Origin: Eledone cirrhosa | Lineage: Eukaryota | Reading direction: 5' to 3' | Length of the DNA stretch: 64,000 bases | Assembly (NCBI GenBank): GCA_964016885.1 | Contig: OZ024761.1 | Location: 26,970,001 to 27,034,000 of the forward strand | Shown here: piece after piece, positions 45,123 through 60,864 of the stretch | Position numbering within the stretch: the first letter of the stretch is position 1 | How the letters are laid out: every line of letters starts with the position of its first letter | Made by a program: the position numbers and the translations under genes | The notes under the pieces: generated by a model | The model's database searches: none | Seen by the model: the letters and a program-made list of their open reading frames with translations, nothing else | Told to the model about the DNA's origin: nothing

Positions 45123-45354
45123 GACACATTCTCAGTGGCAGACACACACACACACACACATTCTCAGTGGCAGACACACACACAGTGGCAGATACACATA
45201 GACACACACAGTAGCAGAGACATACACACTGAGGCACAGACATACACACACACACATATATATAGACATATCCCTGAGACACACTCATACACACTCACTG
45301 ACACATACACACACACATATATATATATCCCTACTACATCCACCGCCACCCACC

Positions 45355-45389
<35 letters not shown>

Positions 45390-46670
45390 AGCATATATAC
45401 ATGTCTGTGCTACACACACACACACACACACACATATAGTTCCCTGGTCCACACATATCTTCTCTCCCTCACAGGCACACACACACACACACATCCTCTC
45501 TCTCTGCCACACACACACACACACACGCACGCACTCACAACCACAGCTACACACACACACAGCCACACAGCTACACACACACAGGCACAGACACACACAC
45601 ATCTTCTCTCTCTGCCACACACACACACACGCACTCACAACCACAGCTACACACACACACAGCCACACAGCTACACACACACAGGCACAGACACACACAC
45701 ATCTTCTCTCTCTGTCACACACACCCACACACACACACCCACACACACACACACACACATACACACACCGTCACACACACAGTCACACGCACACACGCAT
45801 ATCCCTCTCTCTCTCAGCCACACACACATACATCACGCCCTCAGCCTAATACACCCACAAACACACCCACAGCCACACACACACCCCCTCTCTCTCTCTC
45901 AGCCATACACACACACAGTCACACACACATCCCCCTCTCTCTCTCAGCCATACACACACACAGCCACACACACACCCCCTCTCTCTCTCAGCCATACACA
46001 CACACAGCCACACACACACACCCTCTCTCTCTCAGCCATACACACACACAGTCACACACACATCCCCTCTCTCTCTCAGCCATACACACACACAGTCACA
46101 CACACATCCCCCTCTCTCTCTCAGCCATACACACACACAGTCACACAGACACACACACAGACATCCCTCTCTCTCTCTCTCTCAGCCACACACACACACA
46201 TCCCTCTCTCTCTCTCTCAGCCATACACACACACAGTCACACAGACACACACACACACATCCCTCTCTCTCTCTCTCAGCCACACACACACACATCCCTC
46301 TCTCTCTCTCTCAGCCATACACACACACAGTCACACAGACACACACACACACACATCCCTCTGTCTCTCTCAGCCACACACACACACAGTCACACAGACA
46401 CACACATACATATCCCTCTCTCAGCCTAACCCCACACATAACCGCAGCCACACACATACACACACTCCTTCTCAGCCAAATACACCCGCCCCCCACACCC
46501 TCTCAGCCAAATACCCCCCACATACCCTCACAGCCAAACACAACCACACACAACCTCTCAGCCAAATAACCCCCCACTGCCCCACACATCTCTCAGCCAA
46601 ATACACCCCCATATACCCTCCCAGTCAAATCCCCCCTGCCCCACACCCCTCTCAGCCAAATGCACCCCCA
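44780..46670. repeat. (CA)n-based minisatellites (cattctcagtggcaga and ctctcagcca units)
   Basis: Visible; 601-aa TH-rich ORF is an artefact. Confidence 0.93.
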
Positions 46671-46749
46671 CTCATGTTCTAATCTCTCCTATTTTGTATT
46701 TTGTTTTATCTCAGCCATCTTTTTTCAGTTTTCACATTTATTCTTGATT

Positions 46750-46844
46750 TACACACATGTATATATATATATATACATGTGTAAATACATGTGTGTATAT
46801 ATATATATATATATATACATGTGTATATATATACATGTATATAT

Positions 46845-46886
<42 letters not shown>

Positions 46887-47294
46887 GTATATACACATGT
46901 ATATATATATACACACATATATATACACATGTATATATATACACACATGTATATACACACATGTATATATACACATGCATATATACACACATGTATATAT
47001 ATACACGTATATATACATTCATGTATATATACATGTATATATATACACATGTATATATACACACATGTATTTATATATATATATACACATGTATATATAT
47101 ATATATATACACACATATATATATATATATAAACCTACACATACGTATATTAATGTATGGATCTAAATTTAAACACACACATTTATATACACACACACAC
47201 ATAAACTTAAAAATACAGACACACATACGCACACATATTTTTTACATCTATACACACATACATATATATACAAACCTACACATACACACACACT

Positions 47295-47336
<42 letters not shown>

Positions 47337-47360
47337 TACATACATACATACATACATACA

Positions 47361-47445
<85 letters not shown>

Positions 47446-48141
47446 TTATATACATATATATAAAATAACAATTGCATAATCAACATACCTGCAAATATCA
47501 GTGGTAGTAGTAGTAGTGGTGGTGGTAGTATTAGCAGCAGTATTAGTGGTGGTAGTATTAGTATTAGCAGCAGTAGTATTGGTGGTGGTAGTAGTGTTAG
47601 TAGTAGAAGTAGTAGCGTTTAAACAAAAATAGTATAAACTGGCGTCGGTTACACGAATTATGACACACACACACACATACACACACATACATACACACCA
47701 CACACCACACACGCATACCCACACACATATATACACACACACGGACACACATTTACACACACACACACACACACGTGTGTGTGTTTAATATATAAATTTT
47801 GCCTTTCTTACATGCAGCGAAAAACTTTCTGATTTATCATTTTAGGAATACACAGGTATATATGTATATATATATATATATACATATACACACATATATA
47901 CATATGTATTAAATAATTCTATGTCTCTCTCTCTCTCTCTATATATATATTTATATATATATATATATATATATATGCGTATACAGATCTATGTCTTTAT
48001 ATATATGTTTATTCATTCATATGTATTTGTGTATATATATATATATGCATGTTTGTATATATATATATATGTATATATATATATACATGTGCATATGTAT
48101 ATATGTGTGTGTTTGTGCATATATATATATGTGCATACATG

Positions 48142-48175
<34 letters not shown>

Positions 48176-48256
48176 CATACATATATGTATATATATGTGT
48201 ATGTATGTACATGTATATATATGTATACATATATATATATATATATGTATGCACAT

Positions 48257-48288
<32 letters not shown>

Positions 48289-48550
48289 GCACATATATAT
48301 GCATACATATATATATATATATGTATGTATATATATATATGTGTGTGTGTGTGTGTGCATACATATATATATATGTATACATATATATGTGTATGTATAC
48401 ATGTATATATATATACATGTGTATGTATGTATATGTATATATATGTGTATGTATATATATATGTATAGATATATGTATACATATATATATATGTGTATGT
48501 ATATATATATATGTATAGATATATGTATACATATATATATATGTGTATGT

Positions 48551-48588
<38 letters not shown>

Positions 48589-48854
48589 GTGTAGATTTAT
48601 GTATACATATATAAATATATGTATACATATATCTATACATATTTATATATGTATACATATAAATATATATATATACATATATATAAAAATATATATATTT
48701 ACATATATATATATATATATGTAAATATATATATGTATATATATACATATATATATGTATACATTTATATATATATATATGTATATATATATATGAATAT
48801 ATATACATATATATATGTATACATATATATATATATGTATAGATATATGTATAC

Positions 48855-48887
<33 letters not shown>

Positions 48888-49022
48888 CATATGTATATAT
48901 TTTTATGTAGAGATATATGTATACATATATATATATATATGTATATACATACATATGTATATATTTTTATGTAGAGATATATGTATACATATATATATAT
49001 ATATGTATATATATATACATAC

Positions 49023-49058
<36 letters not shown>

Positions 49059-49124
49059 ACATATATATATGTATACATATATATATGTATATATATACAT
49101 ATATATATGTATATATATACATAC

Positions 49125-49173
<49 letters not shown>

Positions 49174-49630
49174 TACACATATACACACACACACCACACA
49201 TAAGTCTTTTCTATTACATATTTCTGCGTTCAGTCGTTCAGTGGGAGGTAAAAAGAAAATCTAGGTTTAGCTTTGTTCAATCCCTGTTCAAAGAAAATTG
49301 TTTAAAACAATCACAAAACAAACGTAAGGAAAATGATTACAACATCAATAACTACATGAACAGCAACATAAACAACAACATCAACAACAACATCTCTAAC
49401 TGTAATGAGAATTTTAAAAATGGAATAAAGAACCATGCAACCAAAATCTTAAAAAAAATTGATAAAACCCCAACGAAATATCGAAGGACAAAAATTGATC
49501 AAGAAAAATAAACTGAATTCTCAAACAAACACTGAGAAATAACAGCTGTGATGTAATAATGGTTATAGCAGTTGTGTAATTTATGTATTATTGTTCTGTT
49601 TATTGCAGTTGTTATTGTGAGCAATACGTT

Positions 49631-49688
<58 letters not shown>

Positions 49689-49707
49689 AGTGTGTGTATA
49701 TATATAC

Positions 49708-49738
<31 letters not shown>

Positions 49739-49780
49739 AGTGTGTGTATATATATCCGTATGTGTGTGTGTGTGTGTCTA

Positions 49781-49822
<42 letters not shown>

Positions 49823-50408
49823 AGTGTGTGTATATATATACGTATGTGTGTGTGTGTGTATATATATACGTGTGTGTGTGTGCGTGTATATATATACGTA
49901 TGTGTGTGTGTGTGTGTGTGTGTATATATACACGTATGTGTGTGTGTGTGTGTATATATATACGTGTGTGTGTGTATATGTGTGTGTGTGCGTGTATATG
50001 TGTATATGTGTTTATATATATGTATATGTGTGTATATATATATATGCGCGTGTGTATATATGTATGTATATGTATGTATATATAAGTATGTACATTTATA
50101 TGTATCTATATGTATGTGTGTATGTATGTATGTATATGTATGTATGTATATGTATATATGTATATATATGCATGTATATATATATGTATGTATATATATA
50201 TATATGTATCTATGTGCGTATATATATATGTATGTATATATACACATGTATATGTATGTATATATACACATGTATATGGATGTATATGTATATATATATA
50301 TGTATGTATATATATGTATATGTATGTATGTATATATACACATGTATATGGATGTATATGTATATATATATATGTATGTATATATATGTATATATATGTA
50401 TATATATG
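46750..50408. repeat. Compound (TA)/(CA)/(TG)/(CATA) microsatellite field with short unique islands
   Basis: Visible. Confidence 0.9.
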
Positions 50409-50410
50409 TT

Positions 50411-50681
50411 TGTAGAAGTAAACACAGTAAACCCGTGTCTAAAATTACGAGGGTAGATTACACCACAAATGTTATATATCATTCAACCTGAATTATATGG
50501 GATTTTACAAGATTTTTTACAAGATTTCTCATACATACCATATCAATAACCATTTCATCTCCCGAATTCTTGTAAGAAATCTTGTAACTTCCCATATGAT
50601 TTAGGTTGAATAATATGTAACATTTGTGGTGTAATTTACCTTCGTAATTTTAGACACGGGTTTACTGTGTTTACTTCTACA
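50411..50681. repeat. Inverted repeat, arms of about 114 bp with a spacer of about 43 nt
   Basis: tgtagaagtaaacacagtaaacccgtgtctaaaattacga... versus ...tcgtaattttagacacgggtttactgtgtttacttctaca. Confidence 0.92.
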
Positions 50682-50695
50682 CATATTAATATTAT

Positions 50696-50972
50696 AATTG
50701 TTTCTACGTTAGGCACAAGGCCAGCAAATACCCAGTGTATTACTGGTACTTTATTTTATCGACCCCGTAAGGATGAAAGGCAAAGTTATAATATTATAAT
50801 TGTTTCTACTTTAGGCACAAGGCCAGCAATAAACCAGTGTATTACTGGTACTTTATTTTATCGACCCCGTAAGGATGAAAGGCAAAGTCAACCTCGGCGG
50901 GATTTGAACTCAGATCGTAAAGGGACGTAACTATGCTGGAAAGCATGGCGTCCGACCCTCTACCGATACTGG
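50696..50972 (-). mobile_element. Two tandem SINE family A copies (50696-50787 truncated; 50798-50972)
   Basis: Tail and core twice; head in second copy. Confidence 0.9.
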
Positions 50973-51179
50973 CTCAGTATTTATACTTTGAGCTTGTTAA
51001 CTGCAGGGTATCTATATGAGTTAATAACTCTATATTTTATTTGTATATATATATATATAATCGAACTGTAGTCTTAAGTCTAATATCAAGTATTTGCAAT
51101 GTTGGCAGAGCTTCAAATATATTCTGGTGGCTAAATCACAGCTACAGAGGTTTAATTGCCACTATCGGATCCTTTTCCA

Positions 51180-52975
51180 TTTTCTGACATGAGTTGCGAA
51201 AGGCTGATACTATGAGAAATGGAAACATTGTTTCCTTGGTCCTACCTGCTGATCTTCTCTTTTCTTCACCCAGTAGATTTGACAGTATCACCAATGGAAA
51301 CATTGTTTCTTTGGTCTGATCTGATGATCAGCTCCTTTCTTTTGCCAGGAGTTGTGACAGACAGATAGTATCAGCGATAGAAAGACCTAGGGGAACATTG
51401 TTTCTGTGGTCTGATCGGATAATCAGCTCCTTTCCTGTCAGAAGTCCTGAGTGACTGACATATAGTATCAGCAATAGTAAGACCAATGGAAACATGGTTT
51501 TCTTGGCTTGATTTAACCATCAGCTCCTTATGTGACCGGCAGATGGTATCAGCAATGAAACACCTGATGGAAACATTGTTTCCTTCAATCACTCTGAAAA
51601 TCAGCTCGTTACTTCTGCCAAGTGTTGTGACTGACTGACTGTATCATCAAACAACAATGGAATGGTAGCTGCGCAGTATCGAATCGCTCTAGGTTGGGCA
51701 GCTTTCAACAAGAACAAAGAAGTACTAACATCAAAAAGTATTTCCTATCATTTGAAGGCTAAGTAAGATCTTTGATTCTTACATCCTACCAGTTGTGTTA
51801 TATGGTCTTGACTGTGTTAATTGGACGACAAGGTCACTTCAGAAGCTCTCTACATTCCAGAACCACATCCTGAGACTTATGACTGGCAAGCGGCTGAGCA
51901 GCCGTATCTGTATCAGTGAGCTGCTCAACATTACCAAACTGTATCTACATACATCATTTGAAGGCTAAGATATTTGATACTTACATCCTACCAGTTGTGT
52001 TATATGGTCTTGGCTGTGTTAATTGGACGATAAGATCACCTCAGAAGCTCTTTACATTGTTGAACCCCATCAGTGAGCTGCTCAACATTACCAAACTTAG
52101 ACCAGTTACATCAATTGTCAAATCAAGAGTACTCAAATTATACGGCCATATAAAAAGATCAACTCTTGATGTGAGTAGGTTTTGCTTGCAATGATCGTTG
52201 GTTGGTAAGAGAAGCAGAGGCTGGTAGCCAAAACGATGGCTTGACAATGTCAACTTACGGACTGAACTTGATCTTTGCTCTTTAAACTCTGCTGCTGGTG
52301 ATCGAACTTTGTGGAGAGGGGTATCACATGTTAATGCGCAGTCTGCAACTGGCGGAGTTTAGCGTCACAAAAAGACTTTTAGTATCAGCATTGGAAAGGT
52401 TAATGGAAACGTAGCTTCATTGGTCCTTTCTTCTCCTAGATGTCACGCCCGGTAAACTGTCAACAATGGAAAGACCAATGGTAGTATTGTTTCCTTAGAC
52501 TAATGAAAACTGTTTCTATTGGTCTTTATTCTCCTAGCTGTCGTGATCGGTAAATACCAATGAAAGTATTATTTCCTTGGCTTGAACTAACAATCAGCTC
52601 CTTTCTTCTGCCAAGAGCTGTGACTGACAATGGGGATACCAATGGAAATATTGTTACTGTGGTATTATCTGATAATCAGCTCCTTTCCTGTCAGGAGTCC
52701 TGAGTCACAGACAGATAGTATCAGCAAATGGAAAGATCAATGGGAACATTGATTCCTTGGTCCAATCTGGTTATCAGTTCCTTTCTTCTGCCATGAGTTG
52801 TGATTGACAGACACAGACATAGTACCAGTAATTGTAATATTATTTCCTTGGTCTGATCTGACAATCAGTTCCTTCCTTCTGCCAGGAGTTGTGACTGACA
52901 GACAAATAGTGTCAGCAATGAACATACTAATGGAAGTATGATTTCCTTAGTCAGATCTGACGATCAGCTCTTTTT
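51180..52975. repeat. Degenerate tandem repeat of about 96 bp, split by a LINE relic
   Basis: gatagtatcagca..ggaaagaccaatggaaacattgtttccttggtc..atcagctcctttc recurs in 51180-51650 and 52380-52975. Confidence 0.85.
51655..52370 (+). mobile_element. RTE-like LINE 3' relic with internal duplication
   Basis: RIALGWAAFNKNKEVLTSK..HLKAKIFD.YILPVVLYGL.CVNWT (twice) ...LKLYGHIKRS...GKRSRG..KRWLDNV; stops and frameshifts. Confidence 0.82.
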
Positions 52976-53269
52976 CCTTGCCTTTCCGTTTTCGCTTTAG
53001 TTACTCTTAAATGTCTTAGTCATAAAATCATACCATTCGAAGTACGTGTTGAATTTCTTAAACCAAGAACTCTTTTATTATCAACTGACACGCATTTGAG
53101 TGTTAAACTAAACAACAGAAAAGTCAGGAGATAAACGGTCTGGATTGTTAGGGGAAATTTTGGAGCTCATCTATATATGCTCCATTAAAAGCAGTTAAAT
53201 ATCATGGTTAATAACATTTCGAATATTATACCTCGACGTGATATTTATAACACCTTACCAGTGGAGATT

Positions 53270-54480
53270 TGTGGCGTTGAGGTTGGGATTGTTCGGCTCA
53301 CGCTCATGTTGTCGTGGGTTTGATACCCCAGAGCAGGCGAGGTGTTGAGTTACTGTGACTGGCTTCACGTTCATAATATCGTGTGCTTGATTCCCAGACT
53401 GTGTGAGGCGTTGTGTCCCTAACAGTTGGCTCACGTTCATAATGTTGTGGGTTCGATTTCCAGACAGGCGAGGCGTTGTGCCCTTGAGAGTGTATTACGT
53501 TCATAATGTGGGTTGGGTTCAAAGAGCAGGTGAGGTGTTGTGTCCGTGAGAGTGGGCCCACGTTCATAATATCGTAGGTTGGATTCCTAGGCCGAGTGAG
53601 GCGCTGTGTCATTAAGATTGGCCTCACTTTATAATGTTGTGGGTTCGATTCCCAGAGCAGGCGAAGCATTGTGCCCGTGAGGGTGGTATTACGTTCATAA
53701 TGAGGGTTTGGTTCCCAGAGCAGGTGAGGTGTTGTGTCCGTCAGAGAGGGCCCATGTTCATAAAGTAGTTGGTGGGATTCCAGGACAGGATGGGGAGGGG
53801 GGTGTTCTAGAGAGTGAGCTCACGTTCATAATGTAATACGTTGGATTCCTAGACCTGGTGAGGCGCTGTGTCATTGAGACTGGCCTCACGTTCATAATGT
53901 GGTGGGTTTGATTCCCAGTCCCGGTAAGGTGGTGTGTCACTGAAAGTTTGCTGGGGTTCGTAGTGTCGTGGGTTTGATTCCCAGTCCCGGTGAGGTGTTG
54001 TGTCACTGAAAGTTTGCTGGGGTTCGTAGTGTCGTGGGTTTGATTCCCAGTCCCGGTGAGGTGTTGTGTCACTGAAAGTTTGCTGGGGTTCGTAGTGTCG
54101 TGGGTTTGATTCCCAGTCCCGGTGAGGTGTGTCGTCACTGAAAGTTTGCTGGGGTTCGTAGTGTCGTGGGTTTGATTCCCAGTCCCGGTGAGGTGTTGTG
54201 TCACTGAAAGTTTGCTGGGGTTCGTAGTGTCGTGGGTTTGATTCCCAGTCCCGGTGAGGTGTTGTGTCACTGAAAGTTTGCTGGGGTTCGTAGTGTCGTG
54301 GGTTTGATTCCCAGTCCCGGTGAGGTGTGTCGTCACTGAAAGTTTGCTGAGGTTCGTAGTGTCGTGGGTTTGATTCCCAGTCCCGGTGAGGTGTTGTGTC
54401 ACTGAAAGTTTGCTGGGGTTCGTAGTGTCGTGGGTGTGATTCCCAGATCGGGTGAAGCGTTATGTCTTTTAGAGTGGCAC
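53270..54480 (+). repeat. 66-bp tandem array derived from a tRNA-SINE B-box segment
   Basis: Unit gggtttgattcccagtcccggtgaggtgttgtgtcactgaaagtttgctggggttcgtagtgtcgt; about 8 homogeneous units (53905-54450) plus about 10 diverged. Confidence 0.9.
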
Positions 54481-54662
54481 ATTTATGTTTTGATGCGTTT
54501 GATTAGTATTGAGTACTATTTTTCCATGATCGTAATAGTGATAATAGTAGTAGGTGGAAAGCAAGCATCGCTTTTGGGAGAGTGCTACACACTGTAGCTA
54601 TCTCAATATATACGTATATACATATCTATACATACATACATATCTATCTATCTATCTGTCTG

Positions 54663-54723
<61 letters not shown>

Positions 54724-54787
54724 TTATCTCTCTCTCTATTTATCTCTCTCTCTCTATATATATATAGTCACTGGTTAACTAAACACA

Positions 54788-54828
<41 letters not shown>

Positions 54829-55313
54829 TAATATATAATCTACAGTTGTATCGACAAAATAAAATACCACTACAACAACAAGAACAGGATCTACAATAAC
54901 AGAAATTAGAACTGCAAGGAAAAAGTAACGGCGGCAACAGATATGTTTACTCTTTCTTTCCCTACAGATACTCCCCTATTTGTAGTACCTCTTTACAACA
55001 CTATTCAGTTGTCTTTAATAAATACCTTCACATGTTGTACTGTGTTGTTTATTTACGTTGTTTTGTCGTTTATTGTAGTTCATTTGATTAATTGACAAAT
55101 GACATCTTTTGTAGAAGTATCGTACTATCGCACATAAAGTCTTTGTGTGTGTATATATATATATTTATATATATATAGTGAGTACATGTGTGTGTGTATA
55201 TATATAGTGAGTACGTGTGTGTGTGTATATATATTGTGAGTGTGTGTATATATATATATATATAGTGTGTGAGTGTGTGTGTATATGTATATATATATAT
55301 ATATATACATATG

Positions 55314-55346
<33 letters not shown>

Positions 55347-55484
55347 TTATATATACATATTTATACATATATTTATATATACACATTTATAGTGTGCATA
55401 TATATATAGTGTGTATATATATATAGTGTATATATATATATATATAGTGTATATATATATATAGTGTATATATATATATAGTGT

Positions 55485-55519
<35 letters not shown>

Positions 55520-55548
55520 TATAGTGTGTGTGTATATATATATATTTA

Positions 55549-55614
<66 letters not shown>

Positions 55615-56070
55615 GTTTATCTGATTTATAAATGTAGAACTGCACTGCGAAGTCTTCCGTGACTACCGTTCCTTGTTTGAGAGGGACAAGACAAAAGGAA
55701 GTAATCAAGTGTAATTAGCTTTGATTGACTTCCGCTGCAGTTTCCGTTAGCTTATGACCTAAAAGTTGATAAGTATTTTTCCTTCATTTTATTTCAGTTG
55801 AAATCTATTATCTCTGTTGATTCTACCAACTGATAACAGCCCACCTTAAAGCAATCACAGAATACGACACACTAAAGAACAACAATCATTAAATCTTCTT
55901 AGAATCTACCGCCCAACACACTGTACAATAAGCACACGTGACTTCTCAATAGAATTCACATACAGGGAATATGTAACATTGAAAGAATTATAATTTGCAC
56001 AAAAAAGGGAGATACGACTGCGTCTTTTACTGCTCATGCATTAAAAAACACCGTTATTTATTTTTATTCC

Positions 56071-56235
56071 TGTTTCTACGTTAGGCACAAGGCCAGCAAT
56101 TACCCAGTGCATTACTGGTACTTTATTTTATCGACCCCGTAAGGTTAACTTTGCATTTCATCCTTACGGGGTCGATAAAATAAAGTACCAGTAATGCACT
56201 GGGTTATTGCTGGCCTTGTGCCTAACGTAGAAACA
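56071..56235. mobile_element. Tail-out inverted pair of SINE A 3' halves within one TSD
   Basis: Direct repeat gttatttatttttattcc at 56053-56070 and 56236-56253. Confidence 0.9.
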
Positions 56236-56590
56236 GTTATTTATTTTTATTCCTGGTTCCGTAACTCCCGGAGGAGTCGCACGGGCGCAGTATTTAATAT
56301 ACGGCGTTTATAGGGTACTTTTAATATCTGGCGGGGGCCAATGTCCTCTGCAGGGGTAAAAAATACACCAGATTTCTTCCAGAGAAGAATAGAGAGTAAG
56401 AGAATGGAAGTGAGAGAAAAATATAGAGGAAGAATCTACCTAGACTGGTTCTTTTTTGTCGATCTCGAAGGGATTCGAACTCAGTGAGACGAGAGAATCG
56501 GAACGAATACCACATACAATTCTGAAGTTCTAAAGATTTTGCTAAATCGCCACTTTGTTATTTATTTAGGATTACGATAAAGAACGGGCG

Positions 56591-57230
<640 letters not shown>

Positions 57231-57368
57231 CGAGTTTCTTTCGTTTTATTTCAGCAAATATCGACTTTCTTTATTTTTAGATATGTATTTAAGATATATG
57301 TATTTAATATATATATATATATATTTAAGATATTTACATATTTAATATAAATATGTAAAAATATATTT

Positions 57369-57450
57369 ACCTTTCATCCTTATGGAATCGATGAAATAAA
57401 GTACCAGTAATGCACTGGTTTAATTGCTGACCTTGTGCCAAGACAGAAAG
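57369..57450 (+). mobile_element. SINE family A 3' fragment
   Basis: cctttcatccttatggaatcgatgaaataaagtaccagtaatgcactgg. Confidence 0.8.
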
Positions 57451-57584
57451 TAAAAATGTGCAAAGTTGACCTCGACAGGGATTTCAGTCAAAACAAACAC
57501 AGTGGCATTTAATCCTACACGCTTATATTTCTGAGAATTTACTTAGCAAACGTCTCAACTAACCACAATTTCGTCACAATAATA

Positions 57585-57921
57585 TCTTATTTATATATCA
57601 AATTGTTTCCTTCTCTACTTTTATTTGATATGGGTTTATGTAATATCATAGCTAGCTCAAAGCTATTTGATATATATACATATAAGAAAGAGAATGCGAT
57701 TTCTCGTAAGATTGATGGTAACATTTCTATACCTAGATTTTCAATAGCTGTATCAAACAAATGTTTTGGAGCCAATGTTGCGACAAATGGTTGGATTACC
57801 GAAGGCTATTTTCCATTGATTGCTAAATAACCATACATTTCGCAGAGAATTCTATGAAGGATATTTTTTCTTTTCTTCAAAGGTATCCCCCGGTATAATA
57901 TTTATATATGTGTGTGTATAC

Positions 57922-57983
<62 letters not shown>

Positions 57984-58041
57984 TTTGTGTGTGTATATAT
58001 ATATGTGTATGTGTATATATATATATATATGTGTGTGTGTG

Positions 58042-58072
<31 letters not shown>

Positions 58073-58372
58073 ATATATATATATGTGTGTCAGTGTGTAT
58101 ATATATATATGTGTGTGTATACCTATGTGTACATTTCTCTCTCTCTACACACACATATGTGTACACACACACAGCACATATATATACATATATATAAATC
58201 GTTTCCGAATTTCTCTATAATTTTAATCAGGTTACCATGCAAATAGAAATATATATATACATACAATTATGTATATATATATATATATATATACAATTAT
58301 GTATATATATATATATATACATAGAATTATGTATATATATATATATATATATATACATACAATTATATATAT

Positions 58373-58403
<31 letters not shown>

Positions 58404-59100
58404 CATACAATTATGTATATATATATATACATCTTCAGAAGATCCCGTTAAGGGTGAAAGCAGCGATTCTTTGCTTAAACTTTAATCTGTTATTTAATAT
58501 ATATATATACAATTATGTATATATATATATATATATATATACAATTATGTATATATATATATATATATATATACAATTATGTATATATATATATATATAT
58601 ATATACAATTATGTATATATATATATACAATTATGTATATATATATATATACACAATTATGTATATATATATATATATACAATTATGTATATATATATAT
58701 ATATATAGTTGTATATGTCTAGACACAAATATTTGTATAATAAATAAACAGAAATAACACAACCGAAGCTAGTCGTACGCTTGATAAATGATAAGATTTA
58801 GAGAAGTTATATCGCATAACTTTCTTTGCTTCCAAACACAGACGATGTGTGTATGTGTGTGTGTTGTTAATGTTCTCATATATAATTCTTTATTCGTTTC
58901 GTCAATCTGTATATGTCTCTCTTTCCCTTAATTTCGAGTACATTTATGACTGGCCACCTTCCTGGTGGCAAAGTTGTAGAAGAAAAGAGATTGTTTTCCC
59001 TTGAATCGCAAGAATGTTTTGCAAATTTTGAAGGTGCCAGTTATCACATCTCACATATATATATATCACTTCTCACATATATATATAAAAATATGTATAT

Positions 59101-59133
<33 letters not shown>

Positions 59134-59184
59134 AAAATATGTATATATATATATAAATATGTATATATAAATATGTATATATAA

Positions 59185-59237
<53 letters not shown>

Positions 59238-59248
59238 TGTATATATAA

Positions 59249-59295
<47 letters not shown>

Positions 59296-59434
59296 TGTAT
59301 ATATATATATATATATATAAATATGTATATATAAATATGTATATATGTATATATATATATATATATATAAATATGTATATATAAATATGTATATATGTAT
59401 ATATATATATATATATATAAATATGTATATATAA

Positions 59435-59489
<55 letters not shown>

Positions 59490-59490
59490 A

Positions 59491-59531
<41 letters not shown>

Positions 59532-59570
59532 TGTATATATATATATATATATAAATATGTATATATATAA

Positions 59571-59611
<41 letters not shown>

Positions 59612-59722
59612 TGTATATATATATATATATATATAAATATGTATATATATAAATATGTATATATATATATATATATATAAATATGTATATATATAAATAT
59701 GTATATATATATTTATATATAC

Positions 59723-59753
<31 letters not shown>

Positions 59754-59796
59754 AATATGTATATATATAAATATGTATATATATATTTATATATAC

Positions 59797-59827
<31 letters not shown>

Positions 59828-59870
59828 AATATGTATATATATAAATATGTATATATATATTTATATATAC

Positions 59871-59901
<31 letters not shown>

Positions 59902-60223
59902 AATATGTATATATATATATATATAAATATGTATATATATAAATATGTATATATATATTTATATATACATATGTATATATACATATTTATATATATATAT
60001 ATATATGTATTAGAAGTGAGGTTTTTTTTACAAAATGAAAAATAACCGAGGTGTCCTACACGAGTGAAAGTATAAAGAAAAAGAGATGAAATCGAAAATG
60101 CAACTGGAGACTTATTTAAAAAAAAAATATATATATTTATTTGGTTCTTTTACTGGTTTCGCAGTTCTTCTGCTTTTCAAAAGGTGAGTTGAGATGGAGG
60201 GTCTGTGGTTTTTCTCACATCTA

Positions 60224-60254
<31 letters not shown>

Positions 60255-60315
60255 AATAATATATATATATATATAAATAATATATATATAAATATATATA
60301 TATAAATATATATAT

Positions 60316-60376
<61 letters not shown>

Positions 60377-60707
60377 TAAATATATATATATAAATATATG
60401 TATATATATATATATATAAATATAAATATATATATATAAATATATGTATATATATATATATATAAATATATGTATATATATATATAAATAAATATATGTA
60501 TATATATATAAATATATATAAATATATATATATATAAATAAATATATGTATATATATATAAATATATATAAATATATATATATATAAATATATATATAAA
60601 TATATATAAAGATATATATAAATATATATATATATAAATATATATATAAATATATATAAAGATATATATAAAGATATATATAAATATATATAAATATATA
60701 TATAAAT

Positions 60708-60738
<31 letters not shown>

Positions 60739-60831
60739 AATATATATATAAATATATATATATATATAAATATATATGTAAATATATATATATATATATA
60801 AATATATATGTAAATATATATATATATATAA

Positions 60832-60864
<33 letters not shown>

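Noticed and set aside
53758-54402. 214-aa ORF with 22-aa repeats
   Set aside because: Consequence of the 66-bp SINE-derived unit length
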